A stretch of DNA of 64,000 bases from positions 207,452,001 through 207,516,000 of the forward strand of contig CM126208.1 of NCBI GenBank assembly GCA_052327205.1, given 5' to 3'. Shown in pieces: positions 38,225 to 52,024 of the stretch. This stretch comes from Somniosus microcephalus. Its lineage: Eukaryota. The notes below the pieces were generated by a model, which worked only from the letters and a program-made list of their open reading frames with translations, ran no database searches and had not been told where the DNA came from. Made by a program: the position numbers and the translations under genes. How positions within the stretch are numbered: position 1 is the first letter of the stretch; each line of letters opens with the position of its first letter.

Positions 38225-38703
38225 AGACAAGGATGAGAATTTTAAAAATTGAGGTGTTGCCAAATCAGAAGCCTATGTAGGTCAGTGAGCACAGGGAAGA
38301 TGGCTGAACCAGACTTGGTGCGAGTTAGGATACGGGCAGCAGAGTTTTGGACAAGCTCAAATTTGTGGAGGATGCAAGGTGGGGGACCAGCCAGGAAAAC
38401 ATTGGCATAGTCGAGCCTAGAGGTAACAAAGGGTTTCAGCAGCAGGGGCAGAGACGGGCAATGTTACAGAGGTGGAAGTAGGCGGTCTTGATGATTGAGA
38501 GAATATGGAGGCAGAAGCTCAACTCAGGGTCAACTAGGAAGCCAAGTTTATGAACAGTCTGGTTCAGCATGAGACAGTGCCCAATGAAAGAAATGGAGTC
38601 AGTGGCTAGGGAACAGACTTTATGGCAGGGTCCTAAGACAATGGCTTTGGCCTCCCCAATATTTAATTGGAGGAAATTTCTGCTCATCCAATACTGGGTG
38701 TCA
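38225..38703 (-). mobile_element. L2-clade LINE fragment
   Basis: WMSRNFLQLN...LGFLVDPELSF...KTAYFHLCNIARL, typical of the L2 RT C-terminus. Confidence 0.8.
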
Positions 38704-38784
38704 GAAAAATGGTGGTAATTGTTACATACCTGAATATTGGACAAAATTTTCTATGAACTGGGATCATTAAAGAAAGCCATTATA

Positions 38785-39095
38785 GTTATGTAGCGCCTTT
38801 CGCGACCACCCGACACCCCAAAGCTATTTACAGCCAATGAAGTACTTTTTGGAGTGCAGTCACTGTTGTAATGTAGGAAACACGGCAGCCAATTTGCGCT
38901 CAGCAAGCTCCCACAAACAGCAATGTGATAATCAGCAGATAATTTTTTTTTTGTTATGTTGATTGAGGAATAAATATTGGCCAGGACACCGGGGATAACT
39001 GCCCTGCTCTTCTTTGAAATAGTGCCATGGGATCATTTACGTCTACTTGAGAGAGGCGACGGGACCTCGGTTTTATGTCTCATCCAAAAGATGAA
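38785..39095 (-). mobile_element. Deu-domain SINE (SacSINE1/AmnSINE-related)
   Basis: Minus strand reads CAAATTGGCTGCCGTGTTTCCTACATTACAACAGTGACTGCACTCCAAAAAGTACTTCATTGGCTGTAAA, matching the Deu domain as I recall it. Confidence 0.75.
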
Positions 39096-39247
39096 TTAAA
39101 AATTAAAATACACATGGCAGCTCAAGGTACACTAAAGGGAGAACAAACTGTTGCCAAGTTATTCTGCCCCAAGCAGACAATGCTAGGCAAGGGTACTAGA
39201 TTTGGACTAGTAACATTTAATCATGAGTGGTCAGCAGGACAAATTCA

Positions 39248-39337
39248 AAATACTGCCGATGCTGGAAATCTGAAATAACAGAGAATGATGGAAATACACT
39301 CCAGATCAGGTAGCATCTGTGCAGAGAAACAGTTAAC
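39248..39337 (-). mobile_element. Short Penelope-like 3' terminal fragment
   Basis: Similar to the terminal part of the PLE at 52025-52130. An oppositely oriented fragment lies at 41097-41175. Confidence 0.65.
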
Positions 39338-41099
39338 GGGCCGGAATTTGCGGTCAAGATGATGGCGAACTGGCAGTGTTCGCCATCATTCCACCTTTGA
39401 AACTGACCGCAATGTCAGGATTTAGCGCAGACGGAAGCAGAAATCCTGAAGTTGCAGTCTGTCAATGACAGCTCTGAAACAAGCTGTGCTGTGCACCACC
39501 AAACCTTAGAGCCTGCAATCTGTGTAATCACCGAAATCTGCCTAAGAGTCCCGCAAGTTCATATACGAGGAGACCCTGATCAGTGAGAGGATGGAGGCCT
39601 ACTTCTGCCGATGGCGACTTTGGCCAAACCCGTAAAATCCGCCACCTCGACAATCCACCTCAACACCCATCAAGCAAACTGAGCTCCAAGTCTCCTTTTG
39701 CAGCTAAACCATGCTAAAAAACCTCATCTATTTAGGAGTCATGCTTGATTGCACCCTGTCGTATAGGTAGCATCCCCAGAACCTTGTGAAGAAAATAAAG
39801 AGTAGTCAACTTAACCCAGAAACTCACCGGATCCACATGGGGAGCAGACGCTCAAACCCTCTGTACGGCAGCACTCGCCCTGGTGTAGTCTACAGTGGAG
39901 TACTGCTCTCTGGCATAGCTATCAAGTCCACATGTCAAATCCATTGATGTCCAGCTGAATTCTACTGAGAATGATCACCGGTACATTTTTATCGACACCA
40001 ACACCTTGGCTGCCCGTGCTTGCAAACATCGCACCACCACACCTACACCGCGAATATGCAGTCTCCAGAGAATACAACCGCTACACCAGCAAAGACATGC
40101 CGATCCAGGCCGCCTTGAACAACCTACCACCAACCCGTCTCAAATCCAGGAGGCAGTTTTGGACCGTCGCTGAAGCCCTTCAACGTTCTCCCCTGAGCCT
40201 TGATGACGAAATGCTTGGACGAACTGTGACATAGTGAATGAATTCCTTTTAAAGGACCCCACAGTACAACCTGAAGGATCAAACCTTCCTCCCAAACAAT
40301 GGACAACCATCAACCGCCTCAGAACTGGTCATGGTCGATGCTGCCACCTTCTTCATAGATGGAAGATTAAAGCATCCCCATCATGCGATTGTGGAACTTC
40401 TAATCAGACCCTGGAGCACATCATTGAGCACCGCACTCAGTGGAAGTTCACAGGCAGCCTACAAGATAGGAAGCTTTGGCCTGGATATCTGACTTCGATA
40501 CTGACTTTTGATTTGCTTTGCTACCACCATACGAAAGATCATCCAAATCAGGGAAACTGATTAAAACTTTGGCTCTCCCGCAGTGATGACGCTGTTAAAT
40601 TCCCCACTAAAAGTTAGACCCAAAGGGATTTGGTGTAACTGGGTTTTAACAGCGTTATTACTGCTAAACAAATGTTAAGGGCCTGGAAAACGAATTTTAA
40701 TTTTGTGCAGTGTGAAATTTGTCCATTTTAATAAAAATTTATATTTTGAAGAAACTTTAAAAATTTACTTTTTGAAGTTTGTCCACATTTATTTCAGGTT
40801 TGCCATTTCCCAGTGTGTGAGCCCCATCTTTGTTTTGCTCTCACATTTTTAAAAAGTTTGAGTTTTAACAGCTTACTCACTTCATTGTTCGCTGTCTGAG
40901 AACTCTGCGTTTTGAATGGCTGCTTAGACAGCATGTTGACGTCACAGCAGTTCACACTAGGGGATCCCACCAGTCCATTGAATTGAATGTCGGAAAACCC
41001 AAAGTTCTCGACACTGGGATTGCACGATCCTTGTGCGGCGTGTACTTCGGAGCCAGCAGGGAACGCCTTCACTTTGCTGCTGACCACAAATTCCGGACC
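39338..41099. mobile_element. Non-autonomous TIR element (possibly Harbinger-like) containing a nested LINE
   Basis: GGGCCGGAATTTGCGGTC at 39338-39355 and its 16/18 inverted match at 41082-41099. No transposase seen. Confidence 0.55.
39560..40538 (+). mobile_element. Vingi-like LINE 3' fragment
   Basis: KLTGSTWGADAQTL, STPTPWLPVLANIAPP and WTTINRLRTGHGRC...SPSCDCG motifs; 3' end CCATACGAAAGA. The 5' boundary is approximate. Confidence 0.7.
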
Positions 41100-42276
41100 T
41101 GAAACACGAACTCTGTTGCTCTCTCCACAGATGCTTCCTGACCTGCTGAGCATTTCCAGCATTTTCTCTTTTTATAAACATAATAGGACATATGTATGCT
41201 CAGCAGTAAAACAAATATATTTATCAATAACGTAAAAACACATGAAAGCATTGAAGTTAATTTATTAAATGAGATTTTCTGAACATTTGTACATATTTAT
41301 TCACCATGTTAGGAACTGTATTACATAAATGCATGTTTTGGTAGCCCAAATACTACTGGCAATAATCATCGGGTATCACAATATGTAGATCAGGATGTTA
41401 CCTTCAGAAGAATATACCTGGCTCAAATATGTTTTGTGCATTTGGGTACGCTTTGGATGTTAAGAAAATGAATAATGCACATTATGTAAGTACCTGAAAA
41501 CAGTCAAAGCCAAGATAACATTAAGCCTGAACTGAATTTAGAAATAGGTAACACAACAAAAAGTTGACTGCATTGGGGGGAGGGGGGAAAAGAGAAATTT
41601 TCTCAAGTAATGAATGCACTTTCATTGCACGGCTTGCCGTTACTATTTTCAAGTACAACTGATTTTGCACCAATACTGTTTAAAAAGACATATTTCTTGA
41701 CTTATTGTCGTCTTATCCATAATTATTACAAAGGCATGTGGTAAACAAATATCATTTAATTAAATCAAATGTGGTTTGATGCAAATGCTTTCATTTACAC
41801 ACTGATGGAAGAATGGCAGTGTAAATCCAGGATCAGCCCGATTCAAAGGCAAGTGATGGGTGATCAGCTGCAGGTGGTTGTTTCACACTGCTATGAGTTT
41901 GCACCAGGTGCAGTATAACTACAGTTTATGAATGGACTACAGAGACATTTTCCCTTGACCTTACCAGCAGTGTTCCGAGCTACAGAAAGTCTTAGAGGCA
42001 AGGTTAGCAGGCCTCGAAATGTTCAGCAGCACCACTGCAGAAATGTGTTTTCCTTCAACTGTAACTACTGGTTGGGTTGCACCTTACAGTCAGGTTAATG
42101 GAGATAGGGCTCATATACAAAATGTTCAGAGCCACTGCTGCTTACACTACCTTTTGGAAGTTATTAGATTTACAAGCATTGAATGGCAATGATGGATATG
42201 AACATTTAAAATACCTCTCAAAAAGGGGAATAACACCCTTACTTTTAAAGGCATGATCTATGGTATAATTGAGTTA

Positions 42277-42683
42277 CTGTTATGTGGACAGCCTAGAGAA
42301 ACTGGAATTGTTCTCCTTATAACAGAGGTGTTAAGGGGAGATTTAATAGAGGTATTTTGATAAGAGTAAATAGGGAGAAACCATTTCCACTGGCAGGAAG
42401 GTCAATAACCAGAGGGCACAGATTTAAGGTAACTGGCAAAAGAACCAGAGGAAATATGAATTTTTTTCACACAGCGATTTATGATGATCTGAAAGGGTAA
42501 GTAGAGGCAAGTTTAATAGTAACTTTCAAAAGGCAATTGGATAAATACTTGAAGGGGAAAAAATTGCAGGGCTATGGAAAAAGAGCAGGGGAGTGGGTCT
42601 ACAGTAATTGGATAGCTCTTTCAGGGAGCCTGCACAGGCACAATGGGCCAAATGGCCTCCTTCTGTGCTGCATCATTCTATGA
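42277..42683 (+). mobile_element. CR1 LINE 3' fragment
   Basis: RGDLIEVF-type coding remnant; tail GGGCCAAATGGCCTCCTTCTGTGCTGCATCATTCTATGA. Confidence 0.85.
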
Positions 42684-42722
42684 AACCAAATGAATTCAGA
42701 CCAGGGTATATGGTTCCAATAA

Positions 42723-42728
42723 TTTATT
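42723..42728 (-). promoter_or_regulatory. Candidate OXR1 poly(A) signal (alternatives at 41261-41266 and near 41297)
   Basis: AATAAA on the minus strand at the end of about 1.65 kb of unique AT-rich sequence after the stop codon. Confidence 0.4.
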
Positions 42729-44377
42729 CTACTATACATCACCATTACATTGCAGTATTGTGATAATTCTAGGATTATTTTAAATATTTTTTATAGGTAG
42801 CTGTAACTCCACAAAGACAATAATACTGCAGTGGAAGACTGAAAGGGAAGAAAAGCTGCTGTATTTATTTACAATTCACTTTCAAAATCTGTAAACATTC
42901 AGGCTACATCCTAACAAAGTTACAGAACATTAGGCAAAAACAGAGAACTGATGCTCTCTATTTCTCACATTCAGCATAAATAAACATAGTACAGAAAATT
43001 AATATGCCCTTTTGAACTGTATCAGCAAGTGCTCTCCCAACAGTCCAAAACTTTAAATTTGGAAATGTACTATACAAGAATTGCCTGCAACTAAAGCCAA
43101 TAAAATTAACTGGCCTGTGTTCATTTCCATCATAATTCAAAGTGCTATAAGCAATTCACCGTTCCACTTTGTTAAACTGAGGAACAGTACATTTTTTACT
43201 TTAATTTACAGGGTAATATACAATGCATCTGGAACAGCTGGATTTTCAGCACGAAGAAAGTCACTGTCACACCCAGAACAGGAATATTTTTGTAAAACAC
43301 AATCAGGTTTCAGACTTGACTAAATACAGAGAAAACCTTTGCATTCTGGAACGGTTTTGTTAATCTAAGACTGGCTTTATCCATTTTCTATGACGAGGAC
43401 AGGAATGACCGTTATATGTTGCCTGCCAAGGTTATTTGAGGTCACATGACAGTAATCTGCAAATTCCACAAGTCTACAGCATTATCCTACCATCTACAGT
43501 ACCTACACTATTCTGCTGGTGTTAGCTGCACTTACAATGTACATCCACTGACAGACAGCACAACTATGGGTACTCAGTAAGTGCTTGGGAGTTTGGTGTG
43601 CTATGAAGCTAAACAGTAGGATAAATATAGGACCAATAAATACTGTATATGCTTCATCACTTTTGCAGGAAGCTACATTGGCATAATAAAAAACCTGCAA
43701 CATTCGGTTAACAGACATCTACCCAGCAATACACACAGCAACACGAGGCTTCTTTCTCGACACATTTCTATTTCTTCCATTAGTTTTGCAACAAAACTGC
43801 ATTAAGTCCTTTAAAAAACTGAACATGTGGTGCAATCCTAGCTGCTTGTGTCAGCAAACCCAAAATGCTGACAGTATCTGTCCCAAACCTGCAGCAGCAA
43901 CATCAGAAACAGCATTACCCAGATATTTTCACCTAACAGATCAGAACGAAACTACATTTGATCCATTTCAGCAAGAACGCCAAATATCTATCAGCTTGGT
44001 TTCTGAGCCCATCATTTTAGTATAATTGCAACTGGTCAGGGTTCAGTTTGATGTCACTGGACTCGTTATGGATTAGTTTTATATGGACAACAGGCTGGTG
44101 GTGTAACTTCTAATACATATATATGTCATTTGTAGCAGCAACACTTATCTTCGGTCACATTCAATAAGATTCAACACAAGTATAGCAATTTTGCTCTAGT
44201 AATCTTTTAACAAAGTGGCTGGGTTGTTCTACTGAAGGCAGGAGCAAGCGAATACAAGGGAGAATTTGTCTTTTTCAATATGCCTAGATTCGACTTTGCT
44301 GCACTGATGCATGGTCAGGTTTGGGCCCTACATCCGAGAGACGTTGAATTTCTTCAGTGCTTATGTAAAGATTTTTT

Positions 44378-44513
44378 TCACTCAAAAGCCCATATTTCAA
44401 TGTCCTGTACATAGAAGTCTTCCTTTTTTGAAAGGATGCAATTGTCAAATGTTTTACACGAGTGGCTACGCCCATGGTACAGATCCCCATCCAACCACAA
44501 TCCAATTTCTCCT
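44378..44513 (-). CDS. OXR1: OXR1 last coding exon (TLDc C-terminus)
   Basis: CAG acceptor at 44514-44516. Encodes GEIGLWLDGDLYHGRSHSCKTFDNCILSKKEDFYVQDIEIWAFE* (TGA at 44378-44380). Phase fits the 74-bp upstream exon. Confidence 0.95.
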
Positions 44514-44599
44514 CTGTAAAGAACACAGCCAATTAGTTGGAGGGGAAAAATGAGCAGAAATATATTAATACTAGTTCAATCAATTTAAGACTTCTTTTG

Positions 44600-45090
44600 C
44601 ACTGGAGAAGTTGCAAAGATTATTTACAAGGATGATAGCAGAACTGAGAAGTTATAACTATCAGGAAAGACTAAACAGGCTGGGGCTCTTTTATCTAGAA
44701 AACAGAAGGCTGAGGTGACTTGACAGAGGTTTTTAAAATTATGAAGGGGTTTGATAGGGTAGACACAGAGAAGATATTTCCATTTGTGGGGCAGTCCAAA
44801 ACAAGGGGGTATAAATATAAGATAGTCACTAATAAATCCAATAAGGAATTCAGGAGAGTAGTGAGAATGTGGAATCTGCTTCCACAAGGAGTAGTTGAGG
44901 CAAACAGCATAGGTGCAATTAAGCGGAAGCTAGATAAGTACATGAGGGAGAAAGGATTAGAAGTCTATGCTGATAGGGTTAGATGAAGTAAGGAGGGAGG
45001 AGGCTCGTGTGGAGCATAAACATCGGCACAGACCTACCTGTTGGGCCGAATGGCCTGATTCTGTGCTGTAAAGGCTGTTATACTATGTAA
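44600..45090 (+). mobile_element. CR1 LINE 3' fragment
   Basis: EVFKIMKGFDRVD...TRGYKYK...WNLLPQGVVEA; tail GGGCCGAATGGCCTG. Confidence 0.85.
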
Positions 45091-45751
45091 TTGGGGTAGC
45101 AAATTATTAATTCACTACTTTCCACAGAACAAGATTATGGAAAAGAAACTATGAGCTGTAGAATTTAAACCTGTGTTGAAGTTAGTGGTAAACAGTAGTT
45201 TGCAGGAAATACCTTCATGAATAAAACAATTTATAATATGACTTATATATGGACATACAATACATTTTAATTATGCAGATTCAGTTTTAACAAGCTTACA
45301 ACACTTTGACAAAAAGATTATGTATTTGCAATTCTGATACAATTTGTAACTTTAACTGGTTTTAAAAATAAATGCTCTAAAAGCTAAAATTGTGTGGGAA
45401 GGTATGTAGCAAAGCTCGGTCCATGAACAGCCATAACATCAATGTGCAATGTTACCCAGAATACACTGCACGCCACAAATGGCAGCTCCATGGCCACAAA
45501 CGGATGTTGCTGCTGGATTTGTGCATAATGAGCAGCACAAGACTCAAAACAGGAGATAAAGGATGATGATTTTGAAGAAAATATTAACAGCTAAATTCTA
45601 AATGAGCCCACGTTCCCGTATAAAATTTCACAAGCAAGTTTTGTACCTTAACAATTCTAAAACTACTTCTGACAATTTAGTGCTACTCAATTAGTACCTG
45701 AACAAAGAAGGGAAGATAAATGAAGCTTAAGTGGAGAGCCCATTTCAGCCT

Positions 45752-46960
45752 CATAAGAACATTAAGAACAAGGAGCAGGAGTAGGTCATTCGGCCTCTCG
45801 AGCCTGCTCCGCCATTCAATAAGATCAGGGCTGATCTGATCTTGGCCTCAACTCCACTTCCCTGCCCGCTCCCCATAGCCCTCGACTCCCTTACCTTTCA
45901 AAAATCTGTATCTTCACCTTAAATATATTCAATGACCAGCCTCCACAGCTCTCTGGGGAAGAGAATTCCAAAGATTCACAACCTTCCGAGGACCTCATTT
46001 TCGATTTAAAAGGGTGCCCCCTTATTCTGAAACAATGCCACCTAGTTCTAGATTCCCCCATGAGGGGAAACATCCTCTCTGCATCTACCCTGTCAAGCCC
46101 CTTCAGAATCTTATATGTTTCAATAAGATCCCCTCATTCTTCTAAACTCCAATGAGTATAGGCCCAACCTGCTCAACCTTTCCTCATAAGACAATCCCTT
46201 CATCTCCGGAATCAACCTCATGAACCTTCTCTGAACTGCCTCCAATGTAAGTATGTCCTTCCTTAAATAAGGAGACCAAAACTGTACACCCTGTACAGTT
46301 GTAACAGAACTTCCATACTTTTATACTCCATTCCCTTTGCAATAAAGGCCAACATTCCATTTGCCTTCCTAATTACTTGCTGTACCTGCATGCTAACTTT
46401 GTGATTCATGTACAAGAACCCCCAGATCCCTCTGTAACTCAGCATTTTGTAATCTCTCCCCATTTAAATAATAATTTGCTTTTTTATTTTTCCTACCGAA
46501 GTGGATAACCTCGCATTTTCCCACATTAAACTCCATCTGCCAGATTTTTGCCCACTCACTTAGCCTATCTATATCCCTTTGGAGATTCTTCGCGTCCTCC
46601 ACAATTTGCTTTCCCACCTATCTTTGTATCAGCAGCAAATTTGGCTACATTACACTCAGTCCCTTCATCCAAGTCATTAATATAGATTGTAAATAGTTGA
46701 GGCCCCAGCACTGATCCCTACGGCACCCCACTAGTTACAGTTTGCCAACCTGAAAATGACCCATTTATCCCAACTCTCTGTTTTCTGTTAGTTAGCCAAT
46801 CCTCTATCCATGTTAGTATATTACCCCCAACCCCGTGAGCTCTTACCTTGTGTAGTAACCTTTAATGTGGCACCTTATCGAATGCCTTCTGGAAATCTAA
46901 ATACACGACATCTACTGGCTCCCCTTTACCCACCCTGCTTGTTACATCCTCAAAGAACTC
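45752..46960 (-). mobile_element. CR1 LINE 3' portion, internally deleted
   Basis: LQRDIDRLSEWAKIWQMEFNVGKCEVIHFG; KFAAD and DFQKAFDKV remnants; TTCTTATG tail. Confidence 0.9.
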
Positions 46961-47898
46961 AAAAGCTTACATTTAGATAGAAAACGCTGAATAGTTTTTA
47001 GTGCAATCTAAATTTCTGTCATAAAGATACCAGGGAATTTTGTATTTGCATAGATGTGAATGTGTAAACAGTAAAATAGCAAATGTTTTTGATTAGAAAA
47101 CTGAAATTTAGTAAGAAGAGTTGTTGGACATCACACGTGAATAGTAGAATTTGAAGAAATTACTGAACAGTTGTAACTATACTTATCAACATAGCTATTG
47201 AAAGGAATTGGAAACATTTGAGTAATTTGATTGGTTGCATCGACAGTAGCTGCTGGCTGTAGATTGTGTTTTAATGGAGCTTTTTTAATAAAGTGATTGG
47301 GAGATTTTATCAGAATGCTTCGTGCTCAATGGACACATCATAAATGTTCCCATGCCTTACGGAGAAGCAGCATACTTATTTTTTTAAACAGAGTTGTTTA
47401 GCCAGAAGTGATGACTAATGTTTTTGGGGAAGGAGGAGAATTAGTTTAGAAGCATTACTGCACTCAGCAGTGAGAAAAAATGAATATTAGAGAGTCATAT
47501 AAAGGTCAGTCTGCTTCAGTTAGCAGCACGCTATTCGAACAGTGAGAAGTTCATTCCCTCAAATCTAGATTAGGCCATCCACCGCATTGTCCTTTGTGGG
47601 ATCTTCCTGTGTGTAAAACAGCTGCTGTTTTGCCTATGTAACAATGACCCAGTTCAAAGTAAATTCAGTGTAGGAAGTGCTTTGAGATGTGGTAAGGGGC
47701 TAGTTAAATGTAGATATGCAACTGCTTCCAGCTGCTCCCCCAATGCCACTCATTTAAAATAAGTTACTTAAATTATTTTGGTTAAAGCTGCACCTAATCC
47801 TTTGTGATGGCTGTTGGCAAGATGTCCTCTTAATCTGAAAACACTATGCAGTTGTATAGCCAATTAATGTGCTAAGGCGATGAAAACAGATTATTTAC

Positions 47899-47972
47899 CC
47901 TCCGCCGCCGAAAGCCAAGGAATCCATGTCTCCTTTTATGAAGAACATATTATCACCTGTCCACTTGAAGAT
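47899..47972 (-). CDS. OXR1: OXR1 coding exon (74 bp)
   Basis: AG/GT boundaries; encodes IFKWTGDNMFFIKGDMDSLAFGGGG. Confidence 0.95.
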
Positions 47973-50900
47973 CTGAAAAAATTCAATAATCTTCAGTAAA
48001 AAGTGCATGTCTAACTTTGCAACACTTACACTATAATAACAATGAAGTGTAATTAATCCTTCATCAACTTCCATTCAATATTAATTGCTTCTTATTCAGC
48101 TATTTGGCTTCTCCAACATTCTTTCTCCCAGGGAAGTTGTTTAGCTTTTGGAAGAAATGCTAATCACATTTTACATTTCACGGGGTCCATTTTTAAGTTG
48201 ATACTTTTATTACAGAAAAATGCGCAGAACCGGTAAGCTTCATCAACCTTCACTGGAAAGTTAATTTAAAGAACTGAGATAACAGACAGTGTAGGTACTG
48301 CAGGGCTCCATGCTGTAAATTGTTCAGCTCTAGACATACTAAAAAGTTGTCAGAATAGCTGAAAATAAACTTACCTTTTCGAAGAGTATTTTTAATTTAT
48401 AAATGAGTTATCAAATTTAATTTTTCTATTTTTCAACACTCTTAAGCTGGTAAAGCAGGCCTTATGCCTGCTTTTACCAGGGATAAGAATTCTATGGCCT
48501 TTCAGCATGCAAAAAGTGCAACTCTCCACCCGTAAAGGCACTTTTCCCGGGCAGGCGGATGATCTGTCAAGATTGACAGATCGCAAGTGCCGGGTTTTAG
48601 CGCATGCGCTTCATATGCCTGAAACCGGCACTTGCGAGGCCCCTACAGGTGTGTACACACTCGTACGCACCCGTGGGGGTTGGAAAATCCAGACCAATAT
48701 TGAATCCTTGATCAATATAGAAAAAGCAATTTGCAAGCAAACAATTTGAAAAAAAAAGTCCAGTTGAATTTCTTTCTTTCAAAATGTCAACATTGTCACT
48801 AATAAAAACATGCTAACCATAAAAGTATTCTGGTCAACTCTTCTCAATTCCAAGTCACTCAATTTCAATTATCTGTTAATTTAAAATTTTAAGCAATAAA
48901 TTTCCACTTTTGCTGCATTATTTATGCTGTTTACTTCAAATTATTAGATCATTTATTTTTTAAATGCAAAACCTTAGAATTATGAGAAGATGACGGATAT
49001 CTATATAACATACATTAGCATACCATTTAGAACATGGGTTGTCAAACGTATGACCCGCGGAACAGTTTCATCCGGCCCATGGTGTGCTGTGCTTAAGGTT
49101 GCCAAATCTACCGAACTGGGAAACTATTCTCCCGGGTACTGAATCTCTCAGCCTGGGAGAACTGCGCCGTATAAATTTTGCATGGCAGTAGTTGCCTACC
49201 CACTCCGTGACACCAACTCGAAATCGGAGCAGCTGGTGTAGGGGAAAGAGACTGAATGAGGTGAGCTGTGGGGAAGTCAGCGAGAGGGGGCTGGTGGTTG
49301 GAGGGAGAGGGGGGACTGGAGAATGAGGTGGGACCAATAATTCCTGCAGACCCAGGAGCAGCTGTAACGTGGTGAGTAGGAGCAGCGAGTAACGGGGGGA
49401 GTGAAACCAGACGTTAATGTGGCTAAATAACAAAAGATTGAGGAACAATGGTACGGAGAGTGAAGATTCTCTGCGCGCCCTGATTTCACATCAGAAGTTC
49501 CAACCGCCGTTCGCGTTGGGCTGGGAGAGGAGGGGAGCAGCAGCCCCACTCCTTCGGCTTCTCCCTTAGCAACAAGCCCCACAAACTGACACCCCCGTCT
49601 CACCTATTGGCTCCTCGCTCGAGATCTCAGAGTTTGCAGCCAGGACCCGAGGCGCCACTGAAATTGGGCCTTGGGCCTCATTTGATCATAGAGGTGAGCT
49701 ACTAGTGCTTGTCGCACCTCCAGATGCAGCTCACCCGGTGTCAGGGATCAAATTTGAGCCTGCTGTATCGCCGGCAAGTCCTTGTTGAGGTGGGTGGAGG
49801 AAAAAGTAATGGCCTGCATTGCTGCTGTGGAATAGACAGTATGTATTTATAAGCCACTGGGTACAGTAGTAATAAATCAGTAAAAAGGGACCACAAAGCT
49901 GTCAAGATGGTCATAAAAACCAAACTGGTTTACTAATGTCCTTTAAAGAAGGAAACCTGCCGTCCTTACCCAGTCTGATGTGACTCCTGTCCCACATTAA
50001 CGTGTTTAAGTATTGCTTCATAGAATGATTACAGCACGGAAGGCTCTCCGCAAGAGAGCACTTCAGCTAGTCCCACTCCCCTGCCCTTTCCCCGTAGTCC
50101 TGCAAATGTTTTGCTTTCAGGTATTTATCCAATTCCCCTTTGAAAGCCATGATTGAATCTGCCTCCACCACCCTTTCAGGCAGTGCATTCCAGATCCTAA
50201 CCACTCACTATGTAAAATAGTTTTTTTCTTATGTCACCTTTGGTTCTTTTGCCAATCACCTTAAATCTGTCTCCTCTGGTTCTCGACCCTTCCACCAATG
50301 GGAACAGTTTCTCTCTATCTACACAGTCCAGACACCTCATGATTTTGAGCACCTCTATCAAATCTCCTCTCAAACTCTCTGCTCTAAGGAGAACAACCCC
50401 AGCTTCTCCAGTCTACCCACGTAACTGAAGTCCCTCATCCCTGGAACCATTCGCGTTCATCTTTTCTGCACCCTCTCCAAGGCCTTCACATGCTTCCTAA
50501 AGTGTGGTGCCCAGAAATGGGTACAATACTCCATTTGAGGCCGAACCAGTGTTTTATACAGGTTCATCATAATTTCCACGCTTTTGTACTCTATACCTCT
50601 ATTCATGAAGCCCAGGATCCCGTAAGCTTTTTTTAACTGCTTTCTCAATCTGCCCTGCCACCTTCAATGATTTGTGCACATATACCCCCAGATCTCTCTG
50701 TTCATGCACCCCCTTTAGGATTGTTCCCTTTAGTTTATATTTCCTCTCATTCTACCAAAATGTGTCACTTCACACTTTTCTGCATTAAATTTCATGTGCC
50801 ACGTGTCCGCCCATTCCACCAGCCTGTCTATGTCTTGAAGTCTATCACTATCCTCCTCACTGTTCACTAAACTTCCAAGCTGTGTCATCTGCAAATTTTG

Positions 50901-52024
50901 AAATTGTGCCCTGTACACTCACATCCAAGTCATTTATATCAAGAAAAGCAGTGGTCCTAGAACCGATCTCTGGGGTACACCACTGTATACCTTCCTTCAT
51001 TTCGAAAAACAACCGTTCACCACAACTCTCGGTTTCCTGTCACTTAGTCAATTTTATATCCATACTATCACTGTCCCTTTTATTCCATGGGTTTCAACTT
51101 TGCTGGCAAGCCTATTTTTAAAAAATTCATTTTTATGGGATGTGAGCGTTGCTGGCAAGGCCAGCATTTATTGCCCATCCCAAATTGCCCCCGAGAAGGT
51201 GGTGGTGAGCCGCCGCCTTGAACCGCTGCAGTCCGTGTGGTGAAGGTACTCCCACAGTGCTGTTAGGGAGGGAGTTCCAGGATTTTGACCCAGCGACGAT
51301 GAAGGATCGGCGATATACTTCTAAGTCAGGATGGTGTGTGACTTGGAGGGGAACTTGGAGGTGGTGGTGTTCCCATGCGTCTGCTGCCCTTGTCCTTCTA
51401 GGTGGAAGAGGTCACGGGTTTGGGAGGTGCTGCCGAAGAAGCCTTGGCGAGTTGCTGCAGTGCATCTTGTAGATGGTACACACTGCAGCCATGGTGGAGG
51501 GAGTGAATGTTTAAGGTGGTGGATGGGGTGCGAATCAAGCGGGCTGCTTTGTCCTGGATGGTGTCGCACTTCTTGTGTTGTTGGAGCTGCACTCATCCAG
51601 GCAAGTGGAGTGTATTCAATCACACTCCTTACTTGTGCCTTGTAGATGGTGGGAAGGCTTTGGGGAGTCAGGAGGGGTGACACACGCCACAGAATACCTA
51701 GCCTCTGATCTGCTCTTGTTGCAACAGTATTTATGTGGCTGGTCCAGTTAAGTTTCTGGTCAATGGTGACTCCCAGGATGTTGATGGTGGGGGATTCGGC
51801 AATGGTAATGCCATTGAATATCAAGGGGCGGTGTTTAGACTCTCGCTTGTTGGAGATAGTCATTGCCTGGCACTTCTGCGGCGCGAATATTATCTGCCAC
51901 TTATCAGCCCAAGCCTGAACGTCGTCCAAGTCTTGTTGCATGCGGGCATGGGCTGCTTCATTATCTGAGGAGTTGTGAATGGCACTGAACACTGTGCAGT
52001 CATCAGCGAACATCCCCATTTCTG

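Noticed and set aside
49034-49740. hAT-like terminus (CATGGGTTGTCAAAC) followed by a GC-rich segment
   Set aside because: No matching second terminus or TSD was found, so an element cannot be delimited.
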